The notes under the pieces are model-generated. The model was not told where the DNA came from, made no database searches, and saw only the letters and a program-made list of their open reading frames with translations. A program made the translations under genes and the position numbers. Below, piece by piece: positions 9,901 to 16,706 of a stretch of DNA of 32,284 bases (position 1 is its first letter; each line of letters starts with the position of its first letter). Source of the DNA: Bacilli bacterium (lineage in GTDB: Bacteria; Bacillota_I; Bacilli_A; RFN20; CAG-826); assembly GCA_024408305.1 (NCBI GenBank), contig JAKSVD010000002.1:1-32284 (forward strand), in the 5' to 3' direction.

Positions 9901-9966
9901 AAGCAAAAGCCCAAAAGAACAGATGGATGAGACTATCAATGCAAACTTAGATTTATTAAAAGTCAT
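6901..9966 (-). CDS. Giant secreted/surface protein L2 (1021 aa): AWF-type signal peptide, GLUG/beta-helix-like N-module; putative adhesin
   Basis: Long ORF with GGGGGAGG 7 nt upstream. The start overlaps the S2 stop (TAATG). N-terminus is MTFNKSKFALIVSSICSFGLLLSSGFAAAWFISQD. 'YFHSGDGSEDDPFTITRPKHYENM...LPPLG...PFNSVISGNNITISSFKI' is paralogous to L1. Confidence 0.9.
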   Translation of the reverse strand: MTFNKSKFALIVSSICSFGLLLSSGFAAAWFISQDNIDVPADGLTGSVLQKYFHSGDGSEDDPFTITRPKHYENMVLLHYNLPGFAEKKYHFSFGADINGDGKIQVYNYSNGKYDPSNGGVSTVLDCTGTEVLPPLGSEDLPFNSVISGNNITISSFKISAKKDDKFFSDIGIFGYVDEGTCSNAYFKNFEIETSYGRYTTSESHFHNDSAVHFGYIAGHIEDASNFTNVYVNDCTLMGSTTNKQINNYGYYGKATKDSLGGSFGQGNDYQFTLNSQAVFNYFDNTYDSINDQQLVLRNVRQTENLEANDNGDKVQRQIKTGTQNIIEPFSSSVKPSSNVVGTTYDLQDGYSLSTIGYATPEYVEARHDYNVYYEDREYIELDGDDHSHDGAIKMPATQPSYVTESMIGSGEGLIVNPETKQEAPTAYYYKNNDPDDPNYNCYFYGESYDRQVINGYDNYDFDVLCKIPNFTTQERKWFAPDLNITGYIFNNKKKIPLDITYKSEALSAGASLAGRYYECTFTVQPVQRKLQEGYHKFSIYISYQYTAWGTSYTHTFVYGNYNSDNNTLDQVEVLVNDVNSGLVVPSVKTNVQNKTEFKEIDNDIPEENFLTHKFDFEENKDRLMPHVDVRSFESKLLYKEVFDGVESADFVVIDETDIKYTNFTYSVDINSGNPLWRLSLISRDPIQGADDVNYFIGEETIVYESGYRSKNIDVVGDGAQFYYQELFGQQIAIIGLDSERSAGDKVSLINETDVGDHFYANERCPSSIVLFIKNTANPLDSRDDAMGKIAFTYVQAKILGYSSDIVEPTFKKRDGFMKIKETGTESDGNGIIQLTNTISLDLNEEYIKKASYCALDSEGRILGRYASDGSTEMSREDQLKIDTYVMCLGGQSNNGYQTWVTNIDFEFKAKDGFGGTFGTVGYRDYPQTIDNTILNFFFETLAVSFQYKIKVSYVAFEEGESSTYIGKYLIDCYADTNTTLKIYNYYSGFYQVFIKTSNLNDYVEVTEASSTREIPASSIQ
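8481..8490 (-). repeat. A10 homopolymer inside the L2 coding sequence (T10 on the plus strand)
   Basis: Coding strand AAC AAU AAA AAA AAA AUC (..NNKKKI..). This is the longest homopolymer I found in the window. Confidence 0.9.
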
Positions 9967-10754
9967 TAGTTTGCCTCCCCCGCAAATTCAAAACGCACAA
10001 TATCGCAGTCAAAGGAAATTGCTGTACCTTCTAAATTATCTGCAGTAATTTGTCCGACATCTGAATTGTCAAAATAATAGTCAACTAAAGTTTCATCATA
10101 AAAATATTCAATGTAGAGAACGGTGATTTTATCATCTGCCGTTTCATCTATATCGAGATTTCTCAAATGAATTGTTTTATCGATCGCTTTGGTTCCGACT
10201 CCATCAGACACAGTCACATAGCTAAATGAAGTATCAATAGTGTCGAAGATATCAAATGCAGAATCATAAATTGTCGATGCTGAAGTTTCATCTAATGCAC
10301 CGGCAATAGAGTCGTGTTTCAGGAAGTATTTAAAACCAATGATATTGGACATGTTGTTACACACGTGATCATTAGAATCGGTAAAGTCTCCATTTGAAGG
10401 AATGTCAACATTGAAGGTGGTATCAGAAGATGTGTCACCCTTGGATATAATTTCCATTCTTAAAATCTTGTTATTGTGAACATTTCTATCCTTAATAAAA
10501 GTATCGTATTGAGGAAGCGCAAAACGATCACCGGTCTTTTCTTTATCAACTGCAATTCTTCCCGAACGGTTATCTTCATCGTATTCGTAAAGTTCAAAAT
10601 CAACGTCCAGTGGGTCGTCTGATATCGCAGTAATCTGGCCCATTGAATTATCCGCTCTTTGATTTGCAGTAAACCATGCGAATGTAAGCATGCCTAAACA
10701 AACGACATTCATCGCTAGTAAACTGGACAAGGCTGCTACAACACTCTTTTTCAT
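9966..10754 (-). CDS. Small secreted protein S2 (262 aa) with an AWF-type signal peptide; paralog of S1
   Basis: MKKSVVAALSSLLAMNVVCLGMLTFAWFTANQRADNSMGQITAI... The ATG lies 13 nt downstream of aptamer copy 3. The C-terminal strand 'ITVLYIEYFYDE' corresponds to S1 'RVYVVIDYDE'. Confidence 0.9.
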   Translation of the reverse strand: MKKSVVAALSSLLAMNVVCLGMLTFAWFTANQRADNSMGQITAISDDPLDVDFELYEYDEDNRSGRIAVDKEKTGDRFALPQYDTFIKDRNVHNNKILRMEIISKGDTSSDTTFNVDIPSNGDFTDSNDHVCNNMSNIIGFKYFLKHDSIAGALDETSASTIYDSAFDIFDTIDTSFSYVTVSDGVGTKAIDKTIHLRNLDIDETADDKITVLYIEYFYDETLVDYYFDNSDVGQITADNLEGTAISFDCDIVRFEFAGEAN

Positions 10755-10767
10755 CTTAAGTAATTAC

Positions 10768-10838
10768 CGGCAGCTGGCTATCCAATTTGGACCCTTTTAG
10801 CTTTGCGTCACCAGATTGCTCTGGCTTTGCTTTTTCAC
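10768..10838 (-). promoter_or_regulatory. c-di-GMP-I (GEMM-I) riboswitch aptamer, copy 3
   Basis: Minus strand: GUGAAAAAGCAAAGCCAGA-GCAA-UCUGGUGACGCAAAGCUAAAAGGGUCCA-AAU-UGGAUAGCCAGCUGCCGG. Confidence 0.88.
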
Positions 10839-10842
10839 GCGT

Positions 10843-10871
10843 AGTATATACACGTACATGTGCTATATCAA
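10843..10871 (-). promoter_or_regulatory. Promoter driving riboswitch copy 3
   Basis: Minus strand TTGATA-17 nt-TATACT, 7 nt upstream of AAAAAGCAAA. Confidence 0.5.
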
Positions 10872-10897
10872 GAAAAAAGAAACCGGCCCCTTTCTTT
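10871..10897 (-). terminator. Weak candidate terminator after the GGDEF/EAL operon
   Basis: Minus strand AAGAAA-GGGGCCGG-UUUCUU followed by UUUUCU. The stem is almost all A-U, so this is low confidence. It abuts the -35 of promoter 3. Confidence 0.3.
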
Positions 10898-10984
10898 TAG
10901 AAACGTCCAAAATTATCTTTAATATGCAAAATCTCCACAAATTCGACATATATCAAATAAAAACGAGGCTTCTTAACCTCGTAA

Positions 10985-13429
10985 TTATTTTTTTACAAAT
11001 GGTGTTCCAGGCATCGGTTGAGCCGGTCTTCTGATCAATTTTAAGCACTCGTCCTGAGGGGCAGGCTTGGAATAAATATAGCCCTGAACGTACTGAATTC
11101 CACATATCTTTAAGGTGTCCGCAACAAGCTTTGAATCCACCCTTTCGAAGATGACTCTCTTGCCTAAATCACGGCAAATATCCACTAAATGTCTTAAGAG
11201 CTTTCTAGATTTTTCATCAAGTCCATTTTCGGTTACGAAATAAATGCCATCCATCTTAACAGTATCAAAAGCAACACGTCTTAAGATATCCAAAGATGAA
11301 GGACCCTTGCCAAAGTCATCTAGAGCCACTTTTGCGCCGAGTTTGTGGATATTATCGACTGCTTCTAAAACAGCCTTCTCTGAGCTTAAAAACGCTGCTT
11401 CTGAGAGTTCGAACTCTATTAATGATGGTTCAATTTCATTCTCTTCGAGAATCTTCTTATATTCATCAATCCAATCGGATTTCAAAAGGTGCCTTGATGA
11501 AACGTTAACGGAAATTGGGAGCGGTCTAATTCCACTTCTCTTTTGGTCTACGAGAACGTTGATTGCATTCTTGAATACAAGGATATCAACGTCATTGATA
11601 AGCCCACTCTTTTCAAGCATTGGAATTGTATCAACTGGGGACAATATACCCTTGGTTGGATCGTTCCATCTAAATAGGCCTTCTAAGCCGACCCAGGTAT
11701 TGTTGATGAGGTCTTTCTTTGCCTGATAAACGACTTGGTAATGTCCGTCGAATAACGCCTTCTTGGCATTCTGCTCGAATGCGGATTCATTTAACTCATG
11801 GAGCATCATCTCATCCTTATATTGGACAATGGTGTCGGTTAAATATGTCTTATCTATATGTTGTTGCGCGATATGTGCGCGGGAGATAGCAGCCTGGAAG
11901 TCCGTGATTTCCTTGCCTGGATAATAGACTCCAACTATAACCTCTGCTTTTAGGTCATAATGGACTGAAATATATTGTTCGATTGAGATTTGAATGGATT
12001 TAACTCGACGAACGATTTCTTCATAGCTATCTTCGTGCATTAAAGCGACGAATCTATCGCCATAGAATCTAACCACTACTTCTGAATCATCAACCATTCC
12101 GGCAAGGATAGTCTTATATAATCCAAGGATGAGCATATCGGATTTTTCTTTTCCGATAGTCTCAAGGATGTATTTGTATCTTACGACATTGAATTCGAGA
12201 ACAGCGACGTTACTTCTTCCCTCAACAATCTTTGGTCCATCTATCAAGAATCTCTCGTAGTTGATGGATCCTGTCCACTGATCGATATATTCAGCGTTGA
12301 GGAGCAACACTTTGCGGTGTCCAGACAAAGCGCATGCAAGTGCGAACAAGATGCCGGAAACGAAAAGCAATGCGGTTGTTATAACCATCGTTATGAATAT
12401 TTCGGTGGATGTTGTTGATAACGACGGATTCAAGATAAAGAAACGAGATAGAGCGAAGACCGAGAATGCTAAAAGCGTTGCGGCTCCAAGGGCTGCAAGG
12501 ATTCCCCATTTTGCGCGCTTTGCAGCGATTTCGTCTTTATATAAGCGAGGTTTTGCAATCTTTTTGCGTTCTTCTTCAACTGAAACTCCACCACTATTGG
12601 TGAATTTAGCGACGAGTTTTCCGTCTAAATATGCTTCTTTCTTTGTTTTGCCTTTTGCTAAACGAAGTGACTTATCCGCTCTTTCAAGGAGCAAGGAGAA
12701 TTCCGCTCCTGAATAGGTCATCATAGAAATGCCACAACAGCAGGAAATAACAATATTTTTGTGTCCTGCCTTGACGTTTAACTGCGTTGCAAGAGTCTTT
12801 TTAGCGTATTCGACTAAATCGAGCTCTGTGACGTCATCAATGAAGATAACGAATTCATCTCCACCGAATCTTCCCAAGATTGCATCAGGGGCTATTTCAC
12901 GCAATTTATTGGCAAATCCCCTTAAACATTCATCGCCGATTCTATGTCCGAAGTCATCATTGATCTTTTTGAAGTTGTTGACATCGATTAAAAGGAATCC
13001 ACATTTAGAGAATGGGTCATGCTTTTTGATACGATTGTTAACCGTTCTGATAAAGTGTGATCTAGCAGTTAAGCCAGTTAATGAGTCAACAGAATGGATA
13101 CCGGTGCCCAACGCACGGGAATCGAGTTCAGTAACGATGATTCTCATGATATCTGGGAATTGAGGCATCCAGATAAATGTGAGAATAAGAGCGCCGTTCT
13201 TATCTGTATATGGATACATCGCTACATGGTTCTCTTTAGCGTTTACGAATGACTGGATGACGTGAAATGAGTAATTCTCGTCTAAAGAAGAGAATGGTTC
13301 ACCCGTCATATAGCGGGTAAAGAACGTTTCAAAAGACATCGTGTTATTGCCTCTTATTGAGGATGACACGACGGTCTTTGAGCGGACGTCTATTTCCACT
13401 CGAAGAATTGAATCGCCTTCTTTTGCCAT
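10985..13429 (-). CDS. Bifunctional-type c-di-GMP enzyme (814 aa): N-domain, GGDEF (intact), 2 TM helices, degenerate GGDEF, EAL
   Basis: AAGGAG lies upstream of the ATG. The first GGDEF domain reads 'LIDVNNFKKINDDFGHRIGDECL...RFGGDEFVIF' (GGDEF codons at 12851..12865). Two hydrophobic helices follow (WGILAALGAATLLAFSVFAL, IFITMVITTALLFVSGILFALA). The second GGDEF-like domain has 'RFYGDRFVAL'. EAL-domain motifs are EGLFR (11669..11683), NVS, ELSE, DDFGKG, KMD and QGY. Confidence 0.9.
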   Translation of the reverse strand: MAKEGDSILRVEIDVRSKTVVSSSIRGNNTMSFETFFTRYMTGEPFSSLDENYSFHVIQSFVNAKENHVAMYPYTDKNGALILTFIWMPQFPDIMRIIVTELDSRALGTGIHSVDSLTGLTARSHFIRTVNNRIKKHDPFSKCGFLLIDVNNFKKINDDFGHRIGDECLRGFANKLREIAPDAILGRFGGDEFVIFIDDVTELDLVEYAKKTLATQLNVKAGHKNIVISCCCGISMMTYSGAEFSLLLERADKSLRLAKGKTKKEAYLDGKLVAKFTNSGGVSVEEERKKIAKPRLYKDEIAAKRAKWGILAALGAATLLAFSVFALSRFFILNPSLSTTSTEIFITMVITTALLFVSGILFALACALSGHRKVLLLNAEYIDQWTGSINYERFLIDGPKIVEGRSNVAVLEFNVVRYKYILETIGKEKSDMLILGLYKTILAGMVDDSEVVVRFYGDRFVALMHEDSYEEIVRRVKSIQISIEQYISVHYDLKAEVIVGVYYPGKEITDFQAAISRAHIAQQHIDKTYLTDTIVQYKDEMMLHELNESAFEQNAKKALFDGHYQVVYQAKKDLINNTWVGLEGLFRWNDPTKGILSPVDTIPMLEKSGLINDVDILVFKNAINVLVDQKRSGIRPLPISVNVSSRHLLKSDWIDEYKKILEENEIEPSLIEFELSEAAFLSSEKAVLEAVDNIHKLGAKVALDDFGKGPSSLDILRRVAFDTVKMDGIYFVTENGLDEKSRKLLRHLVDICRDLGKRVIFERVDSKLVADTLKICGIQYVQGYIYSKPAPQDECLKLIRRPAQPMPGTPFVKK

Positions 13430-13455
13430 GTATTTTCTTCTCCTTAACGACCAAA

Positions 13456-13477
13456 ACCCCTACCAAAAGATAAGGGT
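13456..13477 (-). terminator. Possible intra-operon hairpin/attenuator between the two GGDEF/EAL genes
   Basis: Minus strand ACCCUUA-UCUUUUGG-UAGGGGU followed by only UUUGG. It may be an RNA-processing or stability element rather than a terminator. Confidence 0.3.
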
Positions 13478-13487
13478 TCTGTTTGGA

Positions 13488-16400
13488 TTATTTTAAGATT
13501 GCCTGCTTTGATGACGCTGTCTTAAGAAGAGACAAGAATTCATCAATGACAAGTGGTTTGAAGAAGTACCAACCTTCAAAGTTGTTGATGCCTTCTTCGT
13601 CGAATACGACGTTGACCTGTTCGCGTCTTTCAATACCAACAAGTGTGACCTTGAAGTTGAATGTCTTTGCAAGAGCAATGAGTGATTTGACTTCGTTGAG
13701 TCTATTTGGGTTGCTATCGATTTCCATGACAAGGGTTCTAGCAAGCTTAACTTCAGTGAATCCGAGCTTAGCAAGCTGTTCGATTGAAATGTCCTTACCT
13801 GTGTAGTTATCGCAGACGAGGCTGATGTTGAGGTCTCTGATCTTGCGTGATGCTTCTCTAATAACTTCGACATTTGCGGCGATATCAGCTTCATTAAGCT
13901 CGAAGTTGATGAATCCCTTAGCGAAGTTGTATTCGAGAATTGCAGCCTGCATATCATTCAAGAACTGGTCATTCTGGAAGTAGATAGAGTCAACGTTGAG
14001 GGAGATTCTATCAAGGAAGCCGGATCTGAAGATTGTAGCGCCGTAAGTCTTATAGAGGTTACCGATCTGCTCGATCATGATGTTTGTGAAGCGACCCATT
14101 GATGAGTGCTTTGATGCGATTGGAATGAATTCGCCTGCATCGAAGAATGAATTGGTGAGTTCATCGTTAAGTCTAAGCAAGACTTCACCACCATTGATAA
14201 CGCCAGAAGCCTTTGAGACGATTGGCTGGATACGGATATCGAAGTTCTTGTTTTCGAAGGCCTTAGCAAGGAGAGAATAAATATATGCTTCTCTATATGC
14301 TGGTCTAACGATGTTAGCGTCGATGAGGTGTAACTGGTTGTCGCCTCTTGTGTTATTTGAATTGAAGTAGACTTCGACGTGTCTTAAGAAGTCGAATGAT
14401 GACGCGAATGTCATTGGATATGAGAAGACACGGTATGACTTCTCGATCTTGAATCCCTGATATTCGTCATTGAATTTATCTTTAAGAGCCTTTTCGACTT
14501 TTTCGATGCTTCTGAAGATATCGGTTCTTGTGATTTCATTTAAGAGGATTGCAATTGTTGATGCGTTATATGAGAAGACCTCATCATGTGTAACGCCTGT
14601 AGAAGCAATGACATCGCCTAATTCTCTTAAGAACTGGTTAGTGACTGGTTCGCCTAAGACGCTGACCATGTTGCGGAAATTAGCGAGGTTCAAGAGAACG
14701 AGGTTACCCTTGAGGTTGTAATTCCACTTATCTGCCATTCTCATAGCAAGTGAATATGGGGTTGCAAGTTTTGTTTCGGAGTCATAACGCTCTCTTGCAA
14801 GGTTTCTTCTATCGGTTGGCTCTAAGAAGAGTGTTGCATCAACCTTGTTTTCTCTGTTTGAGAGAATGGTGTGATATGCATAGTTCTTGTTATCGATAAC
14901 GCATCTCTTCTTCTTGCCGTGGCGGATTGGGCAGTCAGCGCATGGAGCATCTAAACCATAGATTGCCTTATAGCACTTCTCTCCATCTTTGCCCTTTGTT
15001 GCTGAGCATAAGCCACGTGAGTGTGATAAGAGTGTGTATGTATTCTTGTTGATGGTATACATCTGATATGCACTGTAGAGGAGCAATGAATCGAGCTGAG
15101 CGGCTGATCCTTCGATTGTGCCTCTTGAGTGTAATTCCTTTAAGGATGATGCGAATAAGTTAGAGAAGACGACAAGGGATTCTCTTGAATATGCATCAAG
15201 GACTAATTTCTTTGTGAAGTTAACGAAGATCAATGCGGCATAGACCTGTCCATTTGAATAGACGAGTGACATATGGCCTGAAACGATTCCATAGATGTCT
15301 AAGTATTTGCCTAAGTTGGATGTTATGTTCTCTCTATTGAAGAATGTGAGTGATCCATCCTTATCAGCGACTTTAGCGAGTTCTTCGATGATTGCTGCTC
15401 CATCATTTCTCAAAACGATGTGCTTGCCTTCGATTGTGCAGTGATCAGCGATCTGTGAGACCTCACCTGTTGATGAATTCTTTGCTAAGACTGCAACGCC
15501 TTCGAATCCAAGGAAGTCTGAGATTGATGTTGCACAAGCGATGACTTCTTCTCTATATGCTTCAACATTACCCTTCTTGGTGAATGCTGTGTTCATTCTT
15601 TCGATGATTTCGCCGACTGCATTGATTCTCTGTGCCTCTGTTACCAATGCATCCTTATCAAGGCTTCTCTCTGGGAGATAGACGTTGATGTCCTGGCCTC
15701 TTCTTTCAGCGTATCTTAAGTCAGAAACGATTGTTTCAACTGATGAATATGGATAGACAGACATTGAGACCTTTAATGGAAGGACGTCTGTGGACTTCTC
15801 TCCGAATCTTGCGATGGTTGATTTATGGACGACGTATCTTAATTTGCTTTCCACAATTGAGATAGAGTCGATGTTTGACATGAAAGCGATGAATGAATAG
15901 TCGGTATCCTGAGATACGACTGGTGCATTGTCAGCGAAGACTTCATTGATGACGTCAAGTAAGCGAGCCATGTCAGCGTGTGATGGGTTTGCCTCTGTTG
16001 TGTCATAAATGAATGAGACCATAGCGTTTCTAAATGACTTAGAGACATTGACCATTGCAGGGATTGAAGCGAAGAATGATTCCTTAGCAATTGTCTTGCC
16101 GCCGAACGATGGATCCTTCTCTAATCCGATTTCTGACATATCCGCAACAGCAGACATCATGACGATGGTGTTGTATTTGCCGTTGATCTTTGCGATTGCG
16201 TCATTAAGCTGGCTGAATTCTCCTCCAGGTGCGTCTACTGGATATTGCTCTAAGTTGTATTTATTCTTTGAGACCTTATCCATGTTCTCTGCAGTTCTCT
16301 CAAACAATGGCTTCACGACGCCTTGGCGGATTGTCTTGACGTAAAAATACGCTGAGCCTGCAGAAAGACCGATGAACATCAAGGCGAGGATGCCTAATAT

Positions 16401-16544
16401 AAGCGTTACGATCTTGTTACCTGTGATTCCTCCGACGATGATAAGCACAAGTAAGATGACTCCGCCGACTCCGCCGGAAATGAATTCGACGAGTCTTAGG
16501 TACTTTACCTTCTGTGAGATGTTTAATTTGCTACTTGCTTCCAT
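13488..16544 (-). CDS. Membrane-anchored multidomain protein (1018 aa) with degenerate GGDEF and partly degenerate EAL domains; candidate c-di-GMP receptor/sensor
   Basis: AGGAGGAAAA lies 7 nt upstream. Two N-terminal TM helices are present. A GGDEF-like fold reads 'LLNLANFRNMVSVLGEPVTNQFLRELGD...FSYNASTIAIL' and has no GGDEF motif. The EAL-like domain keeps EVLLR, N (LNVDS) and ELNE. It has CDNYTG for DDFGTG, KLA for KxD and EGW for QGY. A five-Cys cluster lies at 14901..15008. Confidence 0.9.
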   Translation of the reverse strand: MEASSKLNISQKVKYLRLVEFISGGVGGVILLVLIIVGGITGNKIVTLILGILALMFIGLSAGSAYFYVKTIRQGVVKPLFERTAENMDKVSKNKYNLEQYPVDAPGGEFSQLNDAIAKINGKYNTIVMMSAVADMSEIGLEKDPSFGGKTIAKESFFASIPAMVNVSKSFRNAMVSFIYDTTEANPSHADMARLLDVINEVFADNAPVVSQDTDYSFIAFMSNIDSISIVESKLRYVVHKSTIARFGEKSTDVLPLKVSMSVYPYSSVETIVSDLRYAERRGQDINVYLPERSLDKDALVTEAQRINAVGEIIERMNTAFTKKGNVEAYREEVIACATSISDFLGFEGVAVLAKNSSTGEVSQIADHCTIEGKHIVLRNDGAAIIEELAKVADKDGSLTFFNRENITSNLGKYLDIYGIVSGHMSLVYSNGQVYAALIFVNFTKKLVLDAYSRESLVVFSNLFASSLKELHSRGTIEGSAAQLDSLLLYSAYQMYTINKNTYTLLSHSRGLCSATKGKDGEKCYKAIYGLDAPCADCPIRHGKKKRCVIDNKNYAYHTILSNRENKVDATLFLEPTDRRNLARERYDSETKLATPYSLAMRMADKWNYNLKGNLVLLNLANFRNMVSVLGEPVTNQFLRELGDVIASTGVTHDEVFSYNASTIAILLNEITRTDIFRSIEKVEKALKDKFNDEYQGFKIEKSYRVFSYPMTFASSFDFLRHVEVYFNSNNTRGDNQLHLIDANIVRPAYREAYIYSLLAKAFENKNFDIRIQPIVSKASGVINGGEVLLRLNDELTNSFFDAGEFIPIASKHSSMGRFTNIMIEQIGNLYKTYGATIFRSGFLDRISLNVDSIYFQNDQFLNDMQAAILEYNFAKGFINFELNEADIAANVEVIREASRKIRDLNISLVCDNYTGKDISIEQLAKLGFTEVKLARTLVMEIDSNPNRLNEVKSLIALAKTFNFKVTLVGIERREQVNVVFDEEGINNFEGWYFFKPLVIDEFLSLLKTASSKQAILK

Positions 16545-16567
16545 GAGTTTTCCTCCTGATTGTCGTT

Positions 16568-16599
16568 AATGATAAAAGCGGCACACTATTGTTGCCGCT
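16568..16599 (-). terminator. Intrinsic terminator acting as the expression platform of riboswitch copy 4
   Basis: Minus strand AGCGGCA-ACAAUAGUG-UGCCGCU followed by UUUUAUCAUU. It lies between the aptamer and the AGGAGG SD of the 1018-aa gene. Confidence 0.6.
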
Positions 16600-16629
16600 A
16601 TGATAACTGCATTACCAATTAGCGACATT

Positions 16630-16700
16630 CGGTAACTGGCTATCTATTTCTAGACCCTCTAGCTTTGCGTCCCTAGATTGCTCTAGGTTTGCTTTTGGAC
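16630..16700 (-). promoter_or_regulatory. c-di-GMP-I (GEMM-I) riboswitch aptamer, copy 4
   Basis: Minus strand: GUCCAAAAGCAAACCUAGA-GCAA-UCUAGGGACGCAAAGCUAGAGGGUCUA-GAAA-UAGAUAGCCAGUUACCG. Confidence 0.88.
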
Positions 16701-16706
16701 TTTGAT

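Noticed and set aside
11244-13957. Nested antisense or alternate-frame ORFs (11244..11726, 11296..11508, 12297..12716, 12729..13163, 13483..13806, 13493..13957), and similar ones inside L1, L2, the lipoproteins and the catabolic genes
   Set aside because: Each lies wholly inside a much longer ORF with recognisable domains. They have Ser/Leu/Ile-rich shadow-frame composition and no SDs.
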